A DNA stretch of 64,000 bases from IMG/VR virus record IMGVR_UViG_3300023179_004149, positions 62,001 through 126,000 of that record; one strand, given 5' to 3'. The notes beneath the pieces were generated by a model. That model saw nothing but the letters and a program-made list of their open reading frames with translations. It was not told the origin of the DNA and searched no databases. Position numbers and translations under genes: made by a program. The first letter of the stretch is position 1. The number at the start of each line of letters is the position of its first letter. Positions 16,469 to 25,910 of the stretch are shown here, in pieces.

Positions 16469-19400
16469 TTAAAGCTGTGTTGTTTTAATATTAATATTTT
16501 TTACGTTAAATACGTTTTTTGTTTCTACTGTACTTAATGAAATGTTTTCCACCCCAGCGAGAGTTATGTTAATTGTACTATTTGTTGATACATTTTTCAA
16601 TGTTATTACCCTGGTTTCCACATTATTTTCTACACTTATTGACGTCTGTACAAATGCTGTGTTAATTACTGAATCATTTACGAATATTGCTAAATTATCA
16701 ATCGTACCCGATTTAAACGTTGTCTGTTTTTTCGACGTAGAGTAACTTAACATAATCTGTAGATCCGTTTGTGGTATTATACTAAATTTATTATCATATG
16801 TTGTGTATTTATTAACAACATAGTTTTGCGTTATTGGTAATAAATTACTATCTGCCGTTAATACAGATAAGTTAGCTGAAGCATTAGATGATTGGTTAAT
16901 TATCAATCTAACCGTATATGTGTTCAATATTTGAGCTGCCGCAGCAATTGATGCCTTTGGAGTAAGCGTAGTTGTTCTATTTAACTTATCCAGATTCGTA
17001 TTAAATAGCATACCGAAAATAGTTGTTGCCTGGTGACCACAGGCATTTGTTGCTGTTAATTTACCCATAAATTCGCCAGTAACGGGATAACCCACCTGAT
17101 CTTTCGGATAATAGTAATCCATAATAATATCGGTTCCGTTTAATCTGAAATCAAATTCACCGTATTGCGTTACAATTCTTCTGTTTTCATCGGTTACATC
17201 ATAAAACTTATTCAGGGCCGTAACCAATTTAGCATTCGTCGTCGTACCGCTAAATGATTTGCTGGTAAATCCTGTTTTCAAGTTTAAGGAATTATTATAG
17301 AAATATAAATCATTTGTCACCCCCGTAGTTAATGTTTCAATTGTTGATTCGAACACTTCAACGCGAGTTCTATCTTTATAGAACGTAAAATTATTTACTA
17401 AACAGAAATCGCGTTCTTCCCAATTCGTTATATCTAATGCGGGTTCTGTTACACCAGATGCGACAGTAACCGCATCTGGGTTTACATACTTATATAGAAC
17501 ACCTCTGTTAACACTATATTTTTTGGAGTGGAACAATGATGAGGTATCGAAAGTAATTAAATTAGGTGTAACGAACAACCCTGGGTTGTTCCTTTCGTCT
17601 TCTCGACATAATCTTTCAAACAACGGCATTAAACCAATTGCCTCACCCTGGTAAGGTCGTAAATAATACGATCTTGTGTTAAACGAAGCGTCAGTAAAAC
17701 CAGATGCTATTTTAATCGGGTTATACGGTACTGATGGTTTCAAATAAATGTTTGAAACCCCAAGTCTTGAAATACCAAACACGTCATTATAGTTTGTACC
17801 CTCGACTTCGCCGTCACCAGTTGTCATACCCATGGTTGAGCCCGTATAGTAACCCTTTCCAAAAGTACCGTTTGTGTAATAACCGTTGTTGTTTAATATC
17901 TTATTTTGCGTTATAATTTCATAATTATCCAATATGTCATATGATCTATCAATGAATATATGATTTGGTAATAATACACTATTCCAACGACTACTTTCTG
18001 ATGTATAACCACTAACTGAACCCGTTGCAATATAAGGTGTGTTATTTGTAACTGGTAACGTTTTTGGTAATCTGGATGCTGTTGAGCTAAAGTTATATAC
18101 GTTACCCTCATCAACATACGGTACCCAAGAAGAACCTAAGAATGTATAGGTCGTAACACCACTCGCACCAATACCACCAGTTTCACCACTCGCAGCAAGC
18201 GATCTGTGGCTAAATAATTCACTGGTTAATTTAGTCCAATATGTTGTGTTAGATACTGATGTGCCCGATGGCACCGTCGTCTTAGCGTAGAAATACCTAT
18301 ATACCGTCGATGACCCTTCCGTTACTCCGCTTGTTACGAATTCCCCACGAGTATATACTCGTGTTGGTTCATACGTGGTTGATTTATTGTAAACGTATCT
18401 AAAGAATATATTCGTACCAGTATATGTTGCCAGGATTAAATCACCAAATGAATAACTCATAGGTGATGTGGTATCGAATGAAACAATATTACGATATACG
18501 TAATCAATAACGTTAGGTGTTGGGTAACCGTTAACCATACTTTCTTCGTAACCCCAAGGAGTGAAGTTGGCTGGGTTATAACGTTCCAATTCAATAAAAC
18601 ATGATCTCGATCCTCTCGGTCTGTAAATTGGGTGTATTGAACCTGTTGTACCTGTTGTTGAGTAACAATGTGATGTATGTATCTCATTGATACACACATA
18701 TAACTTATATTTTGTTTCCGTCACTATTGTACTACCAGAAACCATTTTATAATCCTCAATCGCCACTTTAACAATATCATTCAACTCATAGTTAATGATC
18801 TGTTCGTTAAACTCTGGAACTGTTGATAACAGATCCTGGTATAGCTCAGTTGAATACACATCATTTTCCTTAGCGTAATATTGGAAGATTGTAGCTCCCG
18901 TTGTATTAAGTATGCCCGTATAGTATCTTCTGTTTAATCTAATTTGATTTAATATATTAGTCGAATAATTCAATTGTGTGTAATCGTTCAACCCATCACC
19001 ATAAGATATAAATGTCTTAGTCGCCGTTGTAGTCGATGTACCCAATGCAGTACCGTTAAGATATGTGTTTTGTGGTACATAATTTACTGTTCTATTATGG
19101 TTTAATAAACGTCTACTTACATTTTTACCAATACTGATTGTGTTGGCTATATTACTGAATTCTGTTTGCTTAGGTGTATTACCCAAATAGTAATCAAAAT
19201 AATTGAAGTCATATGATACTGGTCGACCATTAACACCCGTGGCCGTTGTTGTACCACTTGATGCTGTAATTTCACCAGAATAATCATATATTTTACTTCT
19301 TACACTAAATGTGAAATCAATTTTATCATTACCCAATGGCTTATCATATTCCTTGGTATTGTATTCCAATGTACCAGTTGTAAACTTTTTATAGTAATCC

Positions 19401-22400
19401 AGGTACATTTTATTCATCAAATACGAAGGATCCAATGAATAAGTAACATTAGGTGTTGTTAACACATTATATTTACCACTACCGTAATTTAATTTAAGTT
19501 CATTAAAGCTTAAATCAGCCAGGTTGTATATTGGTTTAAGCGACAAACCTTCACTTCTATACCCAAATTTATTAAATACATTACCTGAATTAAATAACAC
19601 CCTAAATCTTGGGTCATTCAGTGAATCGGCAACATCAGGATTACTATGTGTATATTCGAGTTTTTCATATCTCGATAAAGTACATGGTACCGTTATAGGT
19701 ATGATGTTTAAATATATTTTATCACCAGCCTTAAAGAAGTCCTGGTAAGTGTATTCAAATTGTCTATCGTCTGGTAAATCATCACCATTAAACGTAAATG
19801 ACTGCTCATCGTATAGAACTTGATTACTATTCAATAACTGAATCCTAACCGTTTGTGCTATGTTCGATTGTGACTCAAAATATAATTTGATCTTAATTGT
19901 TAAGAAGTTACTTTTTGTTACGAGATAATAGCCAGGGTTGGTTTTTATCAACGTTAAATCAGTACCGATACTATTAAAGTTTTCGTTTAATGACTGTATG
20001 GATACCGCATTGTTGGTATTCAGCGCCAGGGTTAAAGTATCCTGTAATGTATGTATGAATATACTATCTTCTTTTGGTGTATAGAACGGCCCAACATAAG
20101 CTGGGTTAACTGGATATAAACCATCGAATGTTAATCCGATAGAATCACTCACATATATCTGATTACCAACAAGTGTGTCAGTAACTCTATATGTTGTACC
20201 TGGTGTATCTCCGCTGAAAACGTGAACCAGGTTAAGTGATTTAGTTAAATTTATTGATGCCTTATTAGCAATTGGGTCTAATATTATCTTGTCAATATAA
20301 GCCGTATCAACCTGCATGAACGGATCTGTTGCTGTTCTATCTTCATATCTACCATACAAACCACCTGTTATACCAGTTGTTGTCGAAGGTAAACCATCGG
20401 TTCCAATGTTACTCACAAAAGTAACACCCGTTATAATTGAAATATTTCCATTTGTGGCATACATCGTATCACCAGTAACCTTATATAATTTAGAATCGCC
20501 CGACACGGAAGTACTTATCAACTTACTTGTATCTGTTGAATCTATAAGACCAACATATTCACCGTAGTAGTACGTCTGACCGCTGGTGTAATTAAATATT
20601 TGTTCGTAATTGGTAGTCCAGTTACTAATATAGCCCCTACTTGTACCAGTTGGTTTTGTTGCTGATCTATCCTTACTATAACCAAAATATTTAGGTTGTT
20701 TTATATACAATAACGCACCAGTATTATCAGTAAAGCTCAATAAAGTTGTACCAGTGTAATTGGTTAGATTTATAGTTCTACCAGTAAAGTCAAAGTAACA
20801 TACGTGTGGTTTTGGTGGGGGGCAATCATAAGTTAAACCAATTCGAATAAACGCTTGCGCTGCACCGATACTATTCATATAGAACGATCTTTCAGTACCC
20901 GTAATACCAGTACTATCCTGGAATGATACGGTTCTTGAATCGGTGTTATAATCGATATGATCCCATAGGTATTTAGTTACCCCGCTGTATGTATCCGTTG
21001 CCGCATTTGGTGCCAATCCTTTCGTACCCCCTGTTGTTGTAATACCAGAATAAGAACCCCAGTTAAACAACGCTTTGGTGTTTAATCTATAAACATTATT
21101 TTCGTAAACCACAAATACACCATATTTAGGGCCAGCCGTATTGGTGTTACCGCTGTAAATGGTATCGTCACCATAGTTAACACCAGATGCCCATATTTCA
21201 TACCTACCCTCGCTTTCGTCGCAGAAATCAGAGATAGAGTAGAAGCTACCCAGGTATCTTTCATTACCCATTAATTCACCATATACCTTATCACCTTGTT
21301 TAGCTGTAATAGTATATGATGGAATACTACCATCAATACTTTCAGTAATAATACCTTCATTTGGTAATACCTTATTAGTACCCATATAAACGGGTCTTAA
21401 CGCCAGTTCTTGGAATTCAGAACCATCGGTACCCAACCAATTAACTGATGTGTTTAAACCGTGCTTATATTTGAATTTATTATCATTAAATGCTGAGTTT
21501 TGTATTTTCTTACCTGCATTATATATGGTTGTTGCTGGAATAAACTGTTGAATTAGTTTAATCCAGTGTGTATCGAATTGTCCCAAGAACGCTAAAGATC
21601 TTGAAATATCCATAGGGTTTGTTGTACCACTATAATAATCAAGATAGATCTTTGTTAACGTTGGGTATGTGCTGATTACCTTTCTATTTGTTGGGTTAAT
21701 GAAGTTGTTTACCGATTGTTTAACAAACTCGTTAAACGACATGTTAGTATCATCAAACGATATTGGATTACTGAATGTAAGGTCGGCATTAACCATACCA
21801 AGATTTCTCACATATTGTCTATATATTGATACATCAAGAATTCTATCAGAACCAATATACACTTCAAATTCTTTTGAGTTAATGGTCAACTTAGTGTTAT
21901 CACTATAATAGTCAGTATATCCATTATTCTCATCGTTAACCAGTTGAGTTGTGCTCGTTACCACCATCCAACTCTTACGATCATCGATGGTTCTTTCCAA
22001 TTCAAATAAATGAACCGAACCACTTTTTTTGAAAGCGTTTATATACGCCTTACCAAAATCGTATGGCCCGTAGTTGAACTTATCCTCGATAGCAGAACCA
22101 CCATTACCCTGGTAATGTATGTTAAATGGGGTTGTTGGATAACCTTGAGTATCGAATGGTTGTAAATCCAATAATACCTGCGGATCATCTGTCGAACCAA
22201 CGTAAATTTTATTCAACACATCACCCACATTTAATGGTCTTTCAGCTAAATACACATATTCATTCAATTCAAATATATCATCGGGGAAACCAACTAATTT
22301 GAGAATGAACTCAATTGATTTTCTTGTTCCTTTTGATTTGAAAAGATATGCTGCGTTGATCAAGATTCTTCTCCAGAGTTCAATATCAACCTCAGCAGGT

Positions 22401-23905
22401 GTCATTGTCGTCGAAGACACACTTGTTGTAAATAAAGATTCGATAAGCGTGTTTTCGTCTTCCAATTCATAAGTTTCAAAACCGAGCATATGTGCAAAGT
22501 TTTTCAACAATAAATCAGGTACGTTTTCTACTTTATCGTAACTTACGTGTCTCATAAAGGTAATACCATCGATGTATTTTCTAATCTCATCGAATTGTTT
22601 ACCGTAAAGCTGGAATAATAAATTAACTTTTCTATCCTCTGTATCAAACTCCTTTAATGAATCTGTTGTTAAGAAACGAGCAATTAAATTCGTTTTCGCA
22701 GCATCATAGCTCTCGGCCAGGTCATTTAATTTTGTCGTATATGTATCAAATGAATCAGTGAACATATCAATATTCACATCATCGAGCTTAGGGAAGTACA
22801 CAGTTTCCTTAGTTTCAACAATCACACCATTATCGGATAACGTAGGGAATACGAAATCACTTTTATACTGGTTCGTTGCCAAATCATATGATAGTAAGAA
22901 CGAAGCGAAATCGGATAGTTCACTAAAGAACTCATCATAAACCGCTTGTTTTGGTTTTATATAAAAACTATTATTTGTTTCTGAATTAATGTTTACCAGG
23001 GCACCGAACGGATTACCATTCACAACCACCGTAATACCCGCATTAGCATCCGTTGTAGTTGGTAGTGTTACACTCACAATAGGGTATTCCACCCCATTAA
23101 AATAAATGACGTAGTTACTGTATTGTTTAGCTAAGTTTCTATAAACCGTAATATTCTCATTATCGGTTGATGTTGCGCCAGTGCTAAAATAATTGATACC
23201 AAACGGATTAGCTAAACCAAATAAGCTCACCTTGAATTGTGAACGGTTTTCGTTAGTTATATATGCATAATTACTGATGTTTGGTTTATATATTGATACC
23301 GCATTTGATTTCAACGCCGCTGGGAATTGATTGTATATCTCCATTAAAGAAGTTTTGATTCTTTCTTTCAAAGAAGAATACAATACATGATTATCTAACT
23401 TTTTACGATCAAATAACACCTTAACCGATAAATTCTTATCGATCAGTTGTTGAGTTGTTTCAACATATGGTTTACCGCTAAAATACGATAAATTTCTATC
23501 GGCAATATCATTTATCGTGTATGATCCAACTGGATCATTACCTACTGATTCAGTAGATTGTGCTGGGCTATTTATCTTAGTTGATGTGCTTATGCTGAAA
23601 TTACCCATGGTGAAATATGGGTCACCCTGTATTTCATCTTTTGAATTGGCAAACTGTAAACCAACTAATTTGTTACCGAAGGTATCGTTACCGAACGCAC
23701 CAATAACACCCTGGGCTTTTCTCCACCTCAAAGCGTTTTCATATTGCACATATGATGAACAAGGTACATATTTTGTTTCACCGTTTATCAAATATGTACG
23801 ATAACCATCACACCCCAATGATCTTGATGCTGCGATTGCTTCATCGGCAGTATTATATAAATCACGAATGATTTGTTGGTCATATGTAAAACTAAGATTA
23901 GCCAT
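16469..23905 (-). CDS. giant baseplate wedge protein (P2 gpI / T4 gp7-like domain)
   Basis: VPDLLLKNFAHMLGF...ELWRRILINAAYLFKSKGTRKSIEFIL motif. 2478 aa, downstream of gp25/gp6-like genes. Confidence 0.7.
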   Translation of the reverse strand: MANLSFTYDQQIIRDLYNTADEAIAASRSLGCDGYRTYLINGETKYVPCSSYVQYENALRWRKAQGVIGAFGNDTFGNKLVGLQFANSKDEIQGDPYFTMGNFSISTSTKINSPAQSTESVGNDPVGSYTINDIADRNLSYFSGKPYVETTQQLIDKNLSVKVLFDRKKLDNHVLYSSLKERIKTSLMEIYNQFPAALKSNAVSIYKPNISNYAYITNENRSQFKVSLFGLANPFGINYFSTGATSTDNENITVYRNLAKQYSNYVIYFNGVEYPIVSVTLPTTTDANAGITVVVNGNPFGALVNINSETNNSFYIKPKQAVYDEFFSELSDFASFLLSYDLATNQYKSDFVFPTLSDNGVIVETKETVYFPKLDDVNIDMFTDSFDTYTTKLNDLAESYDAAKTNLIARFLTTDSLKEFDTEDRKVNLLFQLYGKQFDEIRKYIDGITFMRHVSYDKVENVPDLLLKNFAHMLGFETYELEDENTLIESLFTTSVSSTTMTPAEVDIELWRRILINAAYLFKSKGTRKSIEFILKLVGFPDDIFELNEYVYLAERPLNVGDVLNKIYVGSTDDPQVLLDLQPFDTQGYPTTPFNIHYQGNGGSAIEDKFNYGPYDFGKAYINAFKKSGSVHLFELERTIDDRKSWMVVTSTTQLVNDENNGYTDYYSDNTKLTINSKEFEVYIGSDRILDVSIYRQYVRNLGMVNADLTFSNPISFDDTNMSFNEFVKQSVNNFINPTNRKVISTYPTLTKIYLDYYSGTTNPMDISRSLAFLGQFDTHWIKLIQQFIPATTIYNAGKKIQNSAFNDNKFKYKHGLNTSVNWLGTDGSEFQELALRPVYMGTNKVLPNEGIITESIDGSIPSYTITAKQGDKVYGELMGNERYLGSFYSISDFCDESEGRYEIWASGVNYGDDTIYSGNTNTAGPKYGVFVVYENNVYRLNTKALFNWGSYSGITTTGGTKGLAPNAATDTYSGVTKYLWDHIDYNTDSRTVSFQDSTGITGTERSFYMNSIGAAQAFIRIGLTYDCPPPKPHVCYFDFTGRTINLTNYTGTTLLSFTDNTGALLYIKQPKYFGYSKDRSATKPTGTSRGYISNWTTNYEQIFNYTSGQTYYYGEYVGLIDSTDTSKLISTSVSGDSKLYKVTGDTMYATNGNISIITGVTFVSNIGTDGLPSTTTGITGGLYGRYEDRTATDPFMQVDTAYIDKIILDPIANKASINLTKSLNLVHVFSGDTPGTTYRVTDTLVGNQIYVSDSIGLTFDGLYPVNPAYVGPFYTPKEDSIFIHTLQDTLTLALNTNNAVSIQSLNENFNSIGTDLTLIKTNPGYYLVTKSNFLTIKIKLYFESQSNIAQTVRIQLLNSNQVLYDEQSFTFNGDDLPDDRQFEYTYQDFFKAGDKIYLNIIPITVPCTLSRYEKLEYTHSNPDVADSLNDPRFRVLFNSGNVFNKFGYRSEGLSLKPIYNLADLSFNELKLNYGSGKYNVLTTPNVTYSLDPSYLMNKMYLDYYKKFTTGTLEYNTKEYDKPLGNDKIDFTFSVRSKIYDYSGEITASSGTTTATGVNGRPVSYDFNYFDYYLGNTPKQTEFSNIANTISIGKNVSRRLLNHNRTVNYVPQNTYLNGTALGTSTTTATKTFISYGDGLNDYTQLNYSTNILNQIRLNRRYYTGILNTTGATIFQYYAKENDVYSTELYQDLLSTVPEFNEQIINYELNDIVKVAIEDYKMVSGSTIVTETKYKLYVCINEIHTSHCYSTTGTTGSIHPIYRPRGSRSCFIELERYNPANFTPWGYEESMVNGYPTPNVIDYVYRNIVSFDTTSPMSYSFGDLILATYTGTNIFFRYVYNKSTTYEPTRVYTRGEFVTSGVTEGSSTVYRYFYAKTTVPSGTSVSNTTYWTKLTSELFSHRSLAASGETGGIGASGVTTYTFLGSSWVPYVDEGNVYNFSSTASRLPKTLPVTNNTPYIATGSVSGYTSESSRWNSVLLPNHIFIDRSYDILDNYEIITQNKILNNNGYYTNGTFGKGYYTGSTMGMTTGDGEVEGTNYNDVFGISRLGVSNIYLKPSVPYNPIKIASGFTDASFNTRSYYLRPYQGEAIGLMPLFERLCREDERNNPGLFVTPNLITFDTSSLFHSKKYSVNRGVLYKYVNPDAVTVASGVTEPALDITNWEERDFCLVNNFTFYKDRTRVEVFESTIETLTTGVTNDLYFYNNSLNLKTGFTSKSFSGTTTNAKLVTALNKFYDVTDENRRIVTQYGEFDFRLNGTDIIMDYYYPKDQVGYPVTGEFMGKLTATNACGHQATTIFGMLFNTNLDKLNRTTTLTPKASIAAAAQILNTYTVRLIINQSSNASANLSVLTADSNLLPITQNYVVNKYTTYDNKFSIIPQTDLQIMLSYSTSKKQTTFKSGTIDNLAIFVNDSVINTAFVQTSISVENNVETRVITLKNVSTNSTINITLAGVENISLSTVETKNVFNVKNINIKTTQL

Positions 23906-24803
23906 TATTGATTACGTTGTTGTATGCTTTTGTTGTATCTATATTCGTTCTCTTTTTTCTAACTTCATATAGAGGATTATTCAAACTATCTTTGACTTCA
24001 TATAAGTCATACTGAGCGTAAATATTCTTATCGAAATCATAAAGGGTGTAGATACCATCATTAATAGATTTTGACTGATCACCAAACAAACTAATTGCCA
24101 GGCTATCAATATCGTAATTTACCAATTCAAGTTCGATCACTTGTGGTGAGAAACTCGTATTTGTAATAATAACATTTTGCCCTTTGGTTCCCAGGAATGG
24201 ATTTGCCGTCGGTTTAAAACTTGGTGCCGTATTTGGTGTTACAGAACAGAAAAGTAATGTACCTATGTTATTGTAAATATACTTTATACTCTTAGATGAT
24301 GAGTTCGGTGTATTTACCTGTACTGGTTCAGATAAAAATGAAGATGTTATCACTCTGTACAAATTCTGTATTTTAGTACCGTCATTATTCAAGTACTCAA
24401 CCCTATATCCGTCTAAACCATTATTGTTAAATTTATTGGTAAATTCTGCTGGCGCTGTCTTTATATCAAAGACCAATCCATTAACATCTGGATAGGTCGC
24501 TAATTGACCGCAATCAGCTATCGGTATACGTATTTGTGCTGGCCTGATGTAAACAGTATAAAACCCAACCTGGTTAAAGACATCTTTTGGTAATGTCATA
24601 TTATATAATCCGCCCAATATTTCAACAGATGATCCACCTAATGCCGTGCTCGACATTACGGGTTTCATCACCTGAGTACCAGTTAATTTTGTAATTGTTT
24701 GTTTATCTGTAGAATTCCTTGTCTTAGAATATATTACAATTATTTCTATATCACTTGGACTCACATCAGCGGGTCTTTTTACCCCATAAACACCTATAGC
24801 CAT
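23898..24803 (-). CDS. hypothetical virion protein
   Basis: 301-aa ORF coupled to its neighbours in the baseplate operon. Confidence 0.55.
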   Translation of the reverse strand: MAIGVYGVKRPADVSPSDIEIIVIYSKTRNSTDKQTITKLTGTQVMKPVMSSTALGGSSVEILGGLYNMTLPKDVFNQVGFYTVYIRPAQIRIPIADCGQLATYPDVNGLVFDIKTAPAEFTNKFNNNGLDGYRVEYLNNDGTKIQNLYRVITSSFLSEPVQVNTPNSSSKSIKYIYNNIGTLLFCSVTPNTAPSFKPTANPFLGTKGQNVIITNTSFSPQVIELELVNYDIDSLAISLFGDQSKSINDGIYTLYDFDKNIYAQYDLYEVKDSLNNPLYEVRKKRTNIDTTKAYNNVINNG

Positions 24804-24806
24804 ATA

Positions 24807-25910
24807 TTATAAATTTTTAAAGTTATAACCCTTTGTATTTATTTTGTAAAAACCTAATCCGTTTTTGCTTAACTCGTTAAGATTTTTCGTATTTTTTAAT
24901 TTTTTTACTTTCTCGAATGGACTATTTACACCTCTATCAATAAATACATCGGATAATATTTTTGGTTCCTCAGAATACCCATCAAATAAAACCATATTTG
25001 CGGTTGTATCTGGTAAATCGTCAACCCTGAGATAAGTAAATATAGTTGTTCCATCGCCTAAATCAACATATTTTATAGGATTTGGTGTATCCAAGTATAA
25101 AACATATTCAGACAATTTGGTTGTGGGTTCATCTTTCAAAATCATGGTCGTAATATTTAGGCCTGGTATATTAAATTTTACATATAATCTAACCACTTTA
25201 TTATCCGCGAGATTTTCTTGAAGAACCGATTGTTTGTTATCATTTGCGAAATCACCAACAAAACGTGAGATTTTGGTTTCTTTTGCCGCCGATAAAGAAA
25301 TATTTGTTTTATGTTGTTTATTTTGTGCTAGTTCTTTAACCTCACTAATATTAATTGCTTGATTTCCATCTTTATCTCTTTCAAGTATTACATTAAATCT
25401 ACTTTGCTGGTTTAATCCCATCGCATAATTAGTTTGTGGAAAAATCATTTTAGGTCTGATTTTTTCTACTGTTTTTATTACATTGGTTTTAGGAAAGTAT
25501 TTGTCAATAATATCAAATTTGCTGCTGGTAATACCAGTAACAAATACTTTATCATTACTTGGTGTAAAGTGATCTATTACAGCATCATATGTTGAGACAA
25601 CGGGTGCTTCAAATTTATCGACATTAAAGTCATATGTTATACCCGAATTAGAAACAGTTAACACCATCTTGGTCATATCTTTAGACAACGGTATAGATTT
25701 AGGCTTAACTTCCTGAAGCATTGATAATTCGGTTCTTGAAGCGTTTGCTATTGTGGTATTAACCATATCAACAATCTTTTCCAATTGTTTTATCTTATAA
25801 TCCTCTGGTTGTTGATATTCAGCGTTTACATAAGTTCCTGGTAAAAACGTGTTCGACTCAAGATGAACAATTATATTTTGTTCAATATCATTTAGTGGTA
25901 TCTGTATCAT
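24807..25910 (-). CDS. hypothetical virion protein
   Basis: 367-aa ORF with TAATG overlap, in the baseplate operon. Confidence 0.5.
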   Translation of the reverse strand: MIQIPLNDIEQNIIVHLESNTFLPGTYVNAEYQQPEDYKIKQLEKIVDMVNTTIANASRTELSMLQEVKPKSIPLSKDMTKMVLTVSNSGITYDFNVDKFEAPVVSTYDAVIDHFTPSNDKVFVTGITSSKFDIIDKYFPKTNVIKTVEKIRPKMIFPQTNYAMGLNQQSRFNVILERDKDGNQAINISEVKELAQNKQHKTNISLSAAKETKISRFVGDFANDNKQSVLQENLADNKVVRLYVKFNIPGLNITTMILKDEPTTKLSEYVLYLDTPNPIKYVDLGDGTTIFTYLRVDDLPDTTANMVLFDGYSEEPKILSDVFIDRGVNSPFEKVKKLKNTKNLNELSKNGLGFYKINTKGYNFKNL

